A stretch of DNA of 63,663 nt, filler included, from Intoshia linei (lineage: Eukaryota > Animalia > Orthonectida), in the NCBI GenBank assembly GCA_001642005.1. It is 7 parts of 7 records of this genome, joined end to end, with 100 filler letters (N's around TTAATTAATTAA, not from the genome) between each part and the next. Parts side by side here need not be neighbours in the genome. Positions count along the whole stretch, not along the records: positions 22,402 to 43,944 come from LWCA01000641.1; 6 more parts are not named here. One strand, 5' to 3'. The notes beneath the pieces are model-generated. The model was not told where the DNA came from, searched no databases, and saw nothing but the letters and a program-made list of their open reading frames with translations. The position numbers and the translations under genes were made by a program. This document shows, in pieces, positions 28,607 through 41,400 of the stretch. Numbering within the stretch: position 1 is the stretch's first letter; every line of letters begins with the position of its first letter.

Positions 28607-28808
28607 CGTTAGACAAACCATTTGACAAACAACTTTTGAGTCATGATTTTTGACTAGAAAAGTGGACAACTATCATGTAACCTTTTGATTGACATATTTA
28701 TTCCCTACTTCATATCTTTGTTTATAAAAACATTCTATGAAACATTGTTGCAATAATGAAATAAACTTTAAATTTGTTTGATTTATTAGATTTTGACATG
28801 TGATTAAG

Positions 28809-31800
28809 ATGGGTATAAAGGAAATTAAACTTTTAAAAACCAAAACTATATTCAAATCTTTGATATTTCAATTTTATCTTGTTTTGTACGCTTGTTTGTG
28901 TTATGCTGCAATTACTGGGTTGTGGATTGATATAATTGTGTATTGTCTTATAATTCTAACAATAGTGTCGAAATGCATACTGATATTAATGAGCTATTGG
29001 TTTGTGTGGATCAGAGTAAAGATAATGTACAAGAAATGCGACAGTATAAGTGAATGTGATTACCTGCATGTGATTCCCTTCGAAAATAAAGGAATTGAAG
29101 AAATTTTAAAATATATTGAAAAAGACGGGTCATTATACTTCATATACCAGAAAACGAAATATTATTATGATTCTGAAACACAAGAGTTCAATTTATTAAA
29201 ATTTCCAATCGATTGGAAAATTAGTAAATATCTGGACTGGGCTGGTCATTCCAATGAATCTTTGGAACAATATTCTGAAAAGTATGGTGATAATGGCTTA
29301 GAAATACAAATTCCAAAATTTTCAAAGTTATTTTTGGAAAGATGTACCAACCCATTCTTCATTTTTCAATTTATTTGTGTTTTTCTATGGATGCTTTACG
29401 AGTATTGGATGTACCCATTATTTACAGCATTAATGCTGGTGGTATTTGAGTCTATACTGGTAACTGAACAAATGAAAAATTTAAAGTTGATACATTCTAT
29501 AGGAAACAAAGAATTTATTATCAAAGTTTACCGTTATCGAAAATGGATACAAATATCTACAAAAAAACTTGTTCCCGGTGATATTGTTTCCATATGTAAT
29601 TCTACTACACTAGCCGCAGATATGATTTTGATTAAAGGAACTTGTATTATAGATGAATCTATGTTAACCGGGGAATCGGTTCCAGTCAACAAAGAGCCTT
29701 TACAATTTTCTCACGAGGACGACGTTTTTGATATATCAAAATCGAAACTGCATTTTTTATATTCGGGGACACAAATAATTCAAGTTACAGGAAAAACCGA
29801 CATCCCATGTAAATCAAATGAATTTAAAAAACAAACTGGATGTGTTGCAATTGTTGTTCGAACTTCATTTTATACAGAACAAGGATCTCTTATGAGAACT
29901 ATATTATACGGGTCTCAACGAATGACTGCTAATAACAAAGAAACTTTGTTTTTTATTTTGTTTTTACTGACCTTTGCGTTAGCGGCAGCTTTCTATCTTT
30001 TATGGTACGGTTTGGAAGACGATTCAAAAAGTAAATATACTCTTCTATTGGAATGTGCAATCATTATTACCAACGTGGTGCCACCAGAATTGCCATTGCA
30101 ATTATCTTTAGCCGTTAATAGTTCTCTTGTTTCTTTAGTCAAACTAGGAATTTACTGCACGGAGCCTTTTAGAATACCGTATAGTGGAAAATTAGATATT
30201 TGTTGTTTTGATAAAACGGGTACATTGACCCATTTAAAACCACAGATTGCAGGTATAATTACTCACGATAGTGTTGTAGCAGGGTCCAGTATTCCAATAT
30301 ACGATGCTAATAAATTATCTCACCTTGTAATAAAAATATTAGCTGCTTGTAATTCTGTAAGTGTCATCAACAAAAAAAAAATTGGTGACCCATTGGAAAT
30401 TGAATTAATGAATTTTGTAAAATTTAATTTCGTGTCGGAATCATCTGTATCATCATCTCAATTTAAAGCTTTAGGGACCATCAAAATTTTAAAAAAATTT
30501 CATTTTTATAGCGAATTGGGAAGAATGTCAACAATTGTTTCTTTTTCAATTGAAGGAATACAAAAGACTGTAGTTTTAACTAAAGGAGCACCCGAAATTA
30601 TTTACAATTATCTCAAACCGGATCAAATTCCCAAACAATACACGCACATTCACGAATTAGCTACTTATAGAGGTTCGAGAGTGTTAGCGTTGGCTTACAA
30701 AATAATGGAGGGTAATATCTGTTCTTCTCGAATACATTCTTTGACGAGAGAATCTATTGAATCAAATTTAATATTTTCAGGTTTTGTAGAAATAAATAAT
30801 GCTATTAAAAAAGAGACCATCAATAGTATATTTGAATTGAGGAAATTGATGAAAATTAGGTGTATTATGATAACTGGTGACAATATATACACTGCCAGTT
30901 ACGTTGCTAAAAAAATTGGTATGTTTGATAATTCAAAGATATTTCAAATTTGCAATGTTAAACATGATTATATCGTTTTACGAGAAATCGCGACAGACTC
31001 TAAAAAGGTTGAAATTGATTATAAAACGTTATTTGGATATTTACAGCAACAAAAAATTGAATTGGCTATTAGTGGTCCAGATTTTGGCAGGATTCAATTG
31101 GAAGATTTAAATCCACCTATTTATTTAAAATTAATGTCCAATGTGCGCGTGTTTTCGCGCACATGTCCTAAACAAAAGGAACAAATTTTGTATTTTTACA
31201 AAAAAAATGGGTTTATCACTTTAATGTGTGGAGATGGCACTAATGATGTAGGTGCTCTCAAACAGGCGCATGTTGGTGTAGCTTTATTGGATGGTGACGA
31301 AAAGGAAACAAAAGTAAAACCAAAATTCCGAAATTTAGTTGATGAAATGAATAATGATAATACTATTGTAAAATTGGGTGATGCTTCTATCGCTGCTCCA
31401 TTTACATCTAAAGTTCCAAATATTTCCACTGTCAGTAGTATTATTTTACAAGGGCGATCTACATTAACAATTACTTTACAAATGTTCAAAATACTGGCTG
31501 TTAACGCTCTTTTATTGGCATATTCTCAGAGCGTTTTATATTTAGATGGAATAAAATTTAGTGATACACAATCAACGTTTCAAGCCATGTTGCTCATTGG
31601 TTGTTTTCTATTCATTACCAGGGTAAAACCTTTAAAAAAGCCAGTTCCAACCGACCCTCCGCCATCAAAATTTTTTACATTTCCAACAGTTTCCATTATT
31701 TTTATTCAATCTTTACTTCATTTAATTAGTGTCGTATATATTAATAGGATTTGTAAAAGTTTGTCTCCCATGGAACCATTACCTGTAAATCTTGATTCTA

Positions 31801-32214
31801 CTGTTGACAGTCCTGTATCGAAAGAAGAAATTTTTGTTCCTTCTCTTATCAAATCTTGTACATACATTCTGTCTACAGCATTGCAAATTATCACATTTTC
31901 TGTCAATTATAAAGGATATCCATACAATCAATCCTTGTTTGAAAATAAACCCATGTTTTATAGCATTTTATTTTCGTCAAGTTTAACTGTCGCATTGCTG
32001 TTTAACGTTTATCCTGATTTGAACGAATACATGGAACTTGTTCATATCAATAATGATGTAATTTTTTAATATATTATCAATTGTTTGTTTAATTTTTTTT
32101 TAGGTCAAATTAGCCCTATTATTTACAATTTTAGCTAATGGTTTTATCGGTTATATATCTGATAGATTGGTTCAATACTTGTTTGTCAACAAAAATCCCA
32201 AAATGACTGTATAA
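28809..32214 (+). CDS. ATP13A1: P5A-type ATPase (ER transmembrane-helix dislocase, Spf1/ATP13A1); exons 28809-32057, 32104-32214
   Basis: TGES, PPELP, phosphorylation motif DKTGTLT, MITGDN, MCGDGTNDVGALKQAHVG, P5A-typical LGDASIAAPFTSK and VNYKGYP. Confidence 0.95.
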
Positions 32215-33229
32215 TAATAAATATTCATGACAATAAATTATTATACTTATTCATTAATAATACAATAATGAGGGGTTTGTCTACTATTTTTTCATTTATT
32301 GATTGAAATTTCCGTTAACGTAGGAATTATTAACTTATTCATTTAAAGTCATCTAAAATGCTGAATTACAAAGTAAAAAATAAAATACATGAAATTTTTT
32401 AGACCCAAATTCATATGGAGCATTTGGACGACCCCTAATATAGACACTGTCTATCAGAAAATACTTAGTATAAGATTGTTTAAAATATAATGAATTTTAA
32501 GATTTAACTTTAATTTTTGCGAAATCTATATTTCAGATCCACCGTTATGAAATTGTTTCTTAGTTCTAATCTAAAAAAATCGAAGTAAAACTTTTTGAAA
32601 CGTATGTTTAATCTTTTTTCAATTAAATATATATTTATATTCTTCATTTTTCTTATATTAACAGCAATTGATGTACAGATTATGCTGTTTGATTACACTA
32701 TCCGACAAATTTTTATTTTTTTATCTGTATCATAATCAACATTGATTAATGGGTAATAAATATATGCAATTATTTATCTGATTTTATAGATATTTCCAAT
32801 ATTAACGTGATAAAACACTCACCGACGATTCATCTGAGTTTTCTTTGCAGTTGGTAAATGCATAACTAACACAAATCTGACATTAAATTGGTGTTTTTGA
32901 TTAAAATTAATACAATTCAAATGTAATACAACCCCGTCCATATATTTTGTGCACCTCAAAAAATCTTCCATTGTTATATAATTATTATATATTCAAATAA
33001 TGATTTATTAAATTTTATCAATTTTAGTCGTTTATATGTTTTAAGCACCTGTCTAATTAAATGTTAATAATTGGTATTTCCGCCATTTACTTACAATGAA
33101 TAATCTTGAAATAGACTCAAAGTTTTTTGACATAATCATTAGGTATTGTGTAAAATTCTTCCTTTATTATTCTCTACACTGTATTGTAATGACGTCAAAT
33201 TTTGAGGACAGTATTGGCATACCGTTTTT

Positions 33230-33390
33230 TTCAATTCAAACATTTTCGATTATATTAAAATCTGGACTCTGTGACGGCCAATTTACTAGCATATTTAAAT
33301 ACTGATTTTATATCCATTGGCACATAAATCTGATTTATGAAACGAAGCATCGTATCCTAACTTATATACACAATAATTCCTCGTTAACGG
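33230..33390 (-). pseudogene. Tc1 transposase remnant
   Basis: Minus strand reads VNWPSQSPDFNIIENV. Confidence 0.6.
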
Positions 33391-33909
33391 ATTTTTTTAT
33401 AGATAATATGCAATACGTTCAAATAATAATTTTTTTTATTATATTAATATAAATAATTGATTGTCAGTATTTACATTGGAACGGCAGTAAAAAAAATTAT
33501 TTTGTCAGTATTCAAAATTGAATGTTCTGTATAAAATGAAACTGACAAAAAATTTTATTTCATATTAGAATATTATCTGGTGTGAACACCATAGAATATT
33601 TCTAATGTTTTTGTAATATGGTATCTTAATATTTCAGTTTTAACTTAGGTCTGTAGTGAAGGATATATTATTTCAAAAACTAAATTTTTAATTTTTATAC
33701 TGACACTCCAAAATAATCAAACTTACAATTGAATTTTTTTACTGACAAAATCTTATTTTATAAAATGTGTTTATTTATATATACTTTTTTGTTGAGTTAC
33801 TTACAATTTTCGATGAATACTGATCAAGTTAATATATTTACTGACAAGAAAGCAATTAAAAACTGACAAATATGTAATTGAATAGTGACAAAATACTTTT
33901 TATTACTGA

Positions 33910-34470
33910 TATTTTAGTGTGTACACTTTTTCTTTATGTAACATCAATATGATAGAATCTGTAAAAAACAACAATATTTTCATAAATTGGAAGAGAACAA
34001 TAATTTCCTGGGCCATACCTATAAAACTGTTCTTTCCTTTTTGATATTTTTTATTTTTCATCAATTGCGAAATCAGGATGTGCAATAGATTCTAAATTCA
34101 CCCGCGGAGCCCTATACCTCCTTTCCTTTACATATAATAATATCACTTGGATCACCATACATAATATCAGTAACAATAGATAACGGACTCTCTGTAACTG
34201 CTTCAATGCATTTCCTTTTCATGTCATTCCTCTTTTTCAATTTACTTATTTTCGAATGATCAGTAATTTGATGGTTGTGTTCAGTAATTTCTTTCAAAAA
34301 ACTATCATCTAAGCAATTCAAATTTGTATTTGTTATTGGCATGAGATCTACAATTTCGAACTCTACACATCCAATGAATAGTCATTTTTCTCTCTTTTGA
34401 TTGTAAAAATATAACTATTTAATGCAAAAATCGGTGTACCTTTTTGTGATTTCAATATTCCCATTTAGCT
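33910..34470 (-). pseudogene. MULE (FLYWCH-type) transposase N-terminal remnant
   Basis: SQKG..IFALNSYIF..KR, then ..EHNH..KLKKRNDMKRKC...ESPLSIV, with frameshifts. Confidence 0.55.
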
Positions 34471-34794
34471 ATAAGATAATTTAATTTTTGTTATAAATAA
34501 TATTACATTTTCTATAAATTATTAAATTTTAAAAAACGCGGTTAATGAACGATAATAAGTCCTCTGCGATATTTTAATCGTCAATTAACTTAATATTCAT
34601 TTATTTTTATGGGAACTATAGAAACTGTTAAATTCATTCTGTATAACAATTTGTTACATTATTATTATTTTATTTTTAACAAATAATTCAGTTTAGGGAC
34701 ATAACGTCCCTAGGACATTATTATTAATTTTAGTAAAAATGGTTAGATTTAAGTAGACACCCTTATAAAATTATAACAATTGTTTTTTATAATT

Positions 34795-35039
34795 ATTTAC
34801 GCAAATGTTAACAAACAAAAAATTAAGATGAAATAATTCACTTTAAAGTAATTAGTAATGTGATATGACGGTTCCACCTGAAACAAATTTGGGAACCACT
34901 CCTTTAAAGGATTGATAATAGTTAATAGTAGGATTTTTAAGTTAGATTTTCAACGTGAATTTATTTTTTTGGTATAATAAAAGAGTGCTCTCAGCAAAGC
35001 TAGGTGCTGTTTGTACGTAGTACAAAACAGCCAAGCTAG
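34795..35039 (+). mobile_element. Non-autonomous Helitron 3' end; other copies end at 548(+), 46175(+), ~43853(-), ~61272(-), 63313(-)
   Basis: Hairpin GCTGTTTGTAC-GTA-GTACAAAACAGC (35005-35030) lies a few nt upstream of CTAG|T. Candidate TC-starting 5' ends with (TG)n tracts occur at ~20653, ~42719, ~43518, ~61038. Window 1-310 is an inverted copy of ~61390-61650. Confidence 0.75.
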
Positions 35040-35685
35040 TAAAATATAATTGTAGTGTTGTACCAGTTTAGTTGTTATCGTTTAGTTGTATAGTTGTTAT
35101 AGAGTGAGCGAGTTATTGTTAATTAATTCTCATTTAGAGATATCACGTAATGACTCTGATGAAGACTGTACCCAGTTAACGTGGTGTGTTGTGCGTGTTC
35201 AATTTTATTTAAATAATAACGCGTCTTACAATTTTTTAAAGGCCACATTTCATGAATTAATGGGAGCAATAAATACAGGGTTTATATTGTTATGTATAAA
35301 GTTTTTAAATCTAATATATTTACTTCAATCACATCGGAGGGCTGTATTGTATTTTAAAGGAAATGCTTCGTTACGTAGATCGAAACTTGAACAGCGAATA
35401 TATATCAAATTAAATATTAATTACATAATTAACACAAAATTATACATTGTATAAATTAATAAAATTTGTAATTTTTGTAAATGACTCGACTAATCATGAT
35501 TATCAACCTTTAAAATAAATAATTAATTCTAACATAATAATAACAATATAATTATTTCAACTTGTCAATAGAGATTGAATGAGTGTTAACAATGATTGCA
35601 TAATAATAAAATATTTTGACATATATCAATAGAGATTGAATAAGTGTTAATAGTTATTGCATAAGTAATAACATATTTTGACATA

Positions 35686-36813
35686 CAGTAGTTGCAAAAA
35701 GTTTACGTTGGTAATTTCATTGTAAAATAAAAAAATATTTACACGTATATCTGAAATAAAAGGTAATAATAATTTAAGATATAATTCTTAATTTAATAAT
35801 GATACAACAATAACTTTAGAATTCCAAAGAATAAACAATTTTCGGATAATTTAAAAGAATCAATTATAAAATCACATAAAAGGGGTGATAAACCCACTAA
35901 AATAGCGAGAATGTTCGAATTAAAATTATCATCAGTAACAACAATAATTTTAAAATATAAAAAATATGCCACAATTAAAGTATTGCCTCGAAGTGGTTGA
36001 CTAAGTAAAATAAATAGAACGACAGAGCGCCATATATTAAGGAGTTTAGCCAAAAATCCACGACCCGATTAAAGAATATAAAAAATTTGGATATATAACT
36101 ACTCCAATAAATACATTGAAATGGGCGCTAATTATTTAAAGAGGATAATTTAGTCTGACGAGACTAAAATTGAGTTGTTTGGAAGAAATTCTAATCAATT
36201 TATCTTCCGTAAAGCATTGGAGGAATTCCAAGAAAAAAATCTGATTCCTACTGTTAAGTATGGTGGCGGTAGTATGCTGATTTGGGAATGCTTTAGTAGT
36301 AATGGAACAGGAAATATTGTGTGCATTAAGGGGATAATAAATGAAGAAAAATATAGAAGTATCCTTTCGGAAAATCTCAAAATATCCTCAAGAATGTTGG
36401 GTTTAGGGGACAATTTTGTATTTCAACATGACAATGATTTAAAACATAAGTCAAAATTGGTCGCGCAATGGTTGTCTGACAATGATATTGATGTGCTGGA
36501 TTGGCCCAGTCAATCACCAGACCTCAATCCCATCGAAAATTTATGGGGTGAACTGAAAAGAAGGCTGGCCGCCAGACAAAGCATTGAAAGAACTTGAAAA
36601 ATACGTTTATGAAGAATGGAAGAACATATCTAAAGATATTTGTGAAGGTTTGGTTAATAAATACAATTGACGTCTCGTTGCTACGTTAGCAGTAAAAGGA
36701 GGAACGACAAAATATTGAACATTCATTTTTTATATACACAAACTTAATGTTACTGAGTGTTAGGGTAGTATTTATAGAAATTTAAATACAACGTAAACTT
36801 TTTGAAACTACTA
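35686..36813 (+). mobile_element. Tc1 (DD34E) element, internally deleted and pseudogenised
   Basis: 25-bp TIR CAGTAGTTGCAAAAAGTTTACGTTG (2 mismatches), TA flanks, motifs SDETK, HDND-34aa-E and SPDLNPIENLW. Confidence 0.9.
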
Positions 36814-37197
36814 TATGTCAATAGAGATTGAATAACAGTCAATCGAGATCGTAAAACCCGATAATTAAATAACTAATAGAAGAAATTAAACAAAAGTATA
36901 GCCTTTAGATAGTCCTGTAACGTATATTTAGGTACACATATAGCAATTTAATATGCTGCTGAACTGCCATTAGCACTAATGAAACCAATTATAATGGATT
37001 TTTTTCAGAAGAAATGTCTTGTTTTTTTCCCATAACAAATGAAGAAATTTCAAAAATAAAAATAAACGTGAAGAATTATAACCGTGTTATAAAATAATCA
37101 ATGAATGTGATGAAATTTAAGAGCTATTAAGTTTAAATACGACAATTTATAAGGATTAATTGAATTTATAAAAATTATATTATAATTTTTCATTTAC

Positions 37198-37432
37198 TAG
37201 GCCAATGTTCGTTTTTACAAACATCTTTATACTTCCTTCGTGTTTATTTTTTTTATGTTTCATCAGTTTATATCTTATTAAGGCAATATTGTATGAAATA
37301 TTTATAGATTATTTTTTATTTATCATGTCTAGTTTGGTTTTGGCCGTTAACGGGTTAATAAGATATAAACTTATAAAACAAAAAAATTAAATACGAAGGA
37401 AATATAAAGATGTTCGTAAAAACGTTGGCCTA
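37198..37432. repeat. Fold-back element
   Basis: About 80-bp imperfect inverted arms, TAGGCCAA...TATCTTATTAA / TTAATAAGATA...TTGGCCTA. No clear TSD. Confidence 0.7.
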
Positions 37433-38447
37433 TCAACTAAAAAATTATGTTACAATTGTACAACAATTAATCGTCTAATAAAATGTTCTATCAACATTTC
37501 AATTAGTGTCGTGTAAATATTATAAAAAGCAGTGTACACTGTACAGAGGTCCGATTTTTAAAAAATTTTAATCACAACTACTTCTGGCTCTCCACGCCCC
37601 TCCTAAATACACAGTAGCATTAGATAATGTAGTTTCAAATTAAATTATATTTTTTTCTATATTATGAACGTCCATTGTTTTATCGTGATAAATGCTGCAC
37701 GTTGTCACTAAATGTCGATAATTATTTATTGAATAGGATCTATTTCCATTATATAAATTGACTGGAAACACCTAGTAATGATACAACACAACAATTCCTG
37801 AATGACGTAAGGTTGACTTGACTTAATAAGTCCTTGTATCCCAAAAAAATTGTAATAGTCCAGTAAATATCACCACGCTTAAAAAATTAATGAAGTACAC
37901 TCTGTATAATTCCTGCAAAACATTTTCTGATGTTTACACCAAATACGGGGACCAAACCAAAACCAACAACTAGATGAAAAAATGTTAGGAAAACAGTAAA
38001 AGGTAAAGATGCGGGAGTTTTTTGTGACGAAAATAAAAAATATGTATATCATTCTGCAGCAAATTAAATGGAGATTATTGTTTATATAAGTCTTTTTTAA
38101 ATTTCAAAAAAAGTCAAAATATGAATAGCCCTAATGTATACATTATTCAGTTCTTCAATCATATATTTCAATCATATATATTATATTTATATATCAATAT
38201 AAAATATGTATATTAAATAGGAAATTAAATTAAATTAATTTGGTTTCATTACTTCATAACATTGAACTTGAACAACACTATTTTTATTGGTTTGGTTTGT
38301 TTATATCAAAATATTGTATAAGTATTATATATCTAGGAAATTGAAAAAATATTTGTATATATTACGTAATCAAGTCAACATCACAAACAATTATTATAAG
38401 CACTGATATATGAGAATATGCTGTAATTTCTGAAATAAATTGATTTA

Positions 38448-41400
38448 ATGCCACAAAATTGTTTAAGTGTGGATGCAAGCATCACCAATGCAAATATAAC
38501 TGGCGTTGATAGTACAGGATGGATAATTACGGTGGTATTAGGATTTATGACTGGGATAATTATTCTGTTAATTTTGTACAGATTCAAACGCAAATCTTTT
38601 GACCCATCTAAGGTATTAAACTTACATTTAATATAATTTGAAATTATATTATATTATAGATAAATAATACATAGCTAGCTAAGATACATAAATGTATTAT
38701 AAATTATACATTTGAGTCAATATATTGGCATTATAATTTAAATTCAAAAGGATATAGGAAAAAAAATAGCTACTAAAAATAGAAAATAAACAGTGACATA
38801 GATTCACTATTTTTTAAATTACTCAAATTTTGGATAATTTGAAATTTAGTCTTATTTTAGAAAATTTTTACATACGTAAATAAATTTTATTAAATTTGAA
38901 CGTAAATGAGTATACAACTTTAATCTTATCATTAGTTTGTTTTTAAATTAAAATTAAATTATATTAAATCTCAAAATATAATTTTGGTTATTTATGTTTG
39001 ATACAGTTGCTGTAACTTAGCCTGTAACATAATTAAACTGACCAGAGTTGCTATGTTTGTTTTTGTCAATAATTCTACATTCCTACATACTTTATGTACC
39101 AGATTATTTCAAATATAAACTGAGTACATTATTTGTATAAAGGAGTTGATATGAATTATTTAACAAAAATAAAACCTGAACGTATTTGCGTGAAAATTAA
39201 TGATGGATTTTTATTTTCCAAAATGTATTTAACCAGAAAAAAACCTGACGATATAACAGCTTATATATTTGCATTCATTATGGGATCATTTACTGGTGTG
39301 ATTTTGTTAGGTTATATTTTTAAAACCAAGAGAGAATCATTTACTCAACGTGTAATTTGTTAGTAAATTGAATTAAAATTAATAAAAAACATATTTAAGT
39401 ATTTATTATGATCATAATTAAATTTAGTTTCCTAAACTTCCAAAATTTCCAAATAGAAAATACAAAACTAACGATTCATCTTCTTTAAAAGAAGTGAAAA
39501 CAGTATATAATTTATCTTATATTTTGAATTTACACTTTTTTGTGATAGGATAAAAATAAAAAGCGAAAAACTTTGGATCTATCTAGCATGTTTGCTACTG
39601 GCCCAGGTGTCTCTGACAATAATTTAGAAAGACTCGAAGATTACGAAAAGGAAAGATGTTTAATGGATGCATTTTTATGCGACAATATTGCATCCGCGGA
39701 TGCAGCCTTGTTAGACAATGATTTGGAAGCTATGGATGATCTTGAAGCCGATTTAAGTGAAGAATACATAATGGTAAAGTGTTTAATATTTAAAATAATA
39801 TTGGAAAAAGCAGATTTTTCAAAAAAATATAGGAAAAAGAGGATATTCCCTTAAGGCTTAAGCGTTGCTAAATTTGAAATTTTTATTATGAAATTGGAAT
39901 AAGAGTTTTTTCTGATAAGATTTGATAAAATCGTGTTTTCGAAAAAATATTAGAAAAAGGGGATTTTTCCATTAAGGATTATTAAAATCGGATTTTTCAA
40001 AAAATATCGGTAAAAGTCGATTTTTACCATACGGGTTATGAATTGATATTTTTTATTAAATTTTATTAATGATGAGATAAATAATAATATATTGGTCTAG
40101 GCCAACATCTGGCAAATCTGTAAAAATATTAAAAATCCTCTTATATAAATAAACAAAAGTTGATACTTTTTTTTAATATTTTATTTAAATCTCACTAACC
40201 CCCAGGAATATAGTTTTGCACCCAAATGTGTTCAGAGACACCCAATCGGGAACCACTGCTCTAAATAATTACGAAATAATGTTTTGCAGAAATTTTTTCA
40301 AAGGTAGCGCGAAATTTTTAATTCTTTAAGGGTGATGTTGCTCGACATAAATGTAACAAATTTAATCTAAAATACTAAAATACCCAAATTAATTTTTAGA
40401 CACTAATTCAAATCTTGCGTATTATTTTAAGTGATCGAGAATTATCAGAAGAAGAAACTAACGAAATGATAGAAAACATAACTAAAGAGTCTAAAAAAGA
40501 AATGGATGAAATTAAACAGGTATATTACATTTACCATATATTTCATTATTTACGTAGATGAACCAAGACAAAAAAATAACAAAAAACGAATACAATGACA
40601 AAATTGTAAATTTTATTTTTGAGTTTTATTTAAATTTAATTTTTTAGAACGAAATTATTAAAAAACAACAAGTAAAGATTAAGTCAGAAATAAATGATAA
40701 TAATAAAATCAATAAAAATGAGGTAATTTGAATTATTAACTTATAAAATTAGTTTGGAATCCAAACTTTGGATCTAAATATACGTATGGAATTTAGGCTG
40801 GAATATTACTAACTAAATTTGACGAACAAGTAAAAAATATTGACCAGCAAAGAAATATCGACAGAGATAAACAAGAAAAAGTAATTTTAATATATTATAC
40901 CATAAAATAAGCAAATTAGAAATCAATTTACATTAATTTTTGGTTTATATAATTATACAATAATTAGTCTTAAAATCGTATCGATTATAATCGTACTATT
41001 ATGCCTAGGGTGCTGCACGGGTAACATTTTTGGTTCTCTAATTATTTCAGTCTTTTTAAATTTCTTATGTGGCTGTGATTCTAAAACTTTGAGCAATGTG
41101 ACCTTTATATGACGCCTTACTACCGAAGTTTATCATAATAATTTTAAATAAAAGGCGATTGAAGAAAGATTAGCCAAACGGAAAAAATTGTTAAATGAAA
41201 CAATTAGTGAGAGTGTTTGCAATAGTCGATTACAAGAACTTAAAGAAAGACGAACTCGACACGAGACTACTTTGAATCAACTTTTGGATGATGAAAAATT
41301 GGATAAAAAAACTGTTGATAACATTATGAGTAGTTTCGATAAGAAGCAATTGGAATTAAAAAAGAAATTGGATAATAGTAATTTTTTATTTAAAATTGAT

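Noticed and set aside
30695-31986. Antisense and alternate-frame ORFs within ATP13A1 (likewise within PCCB, CNG, NALCN, DHX15, DRC3)
   Set aside because: Short shadows of real coding exons with no independent motifs.
32250-32960. Possible minus-strand gene downstream of ATP13A1
   Set aside because: Some GT/AG-bounded segments exist, but I could not build a phase-consistent open chain.
35155-35185. CTGATGA-AGACTG-TACC-CAGT as a hammerhead ribozyme core
   Set aside because: The required GAAA after stem II is absent (TAAC instead), and stems I/III are not evident.
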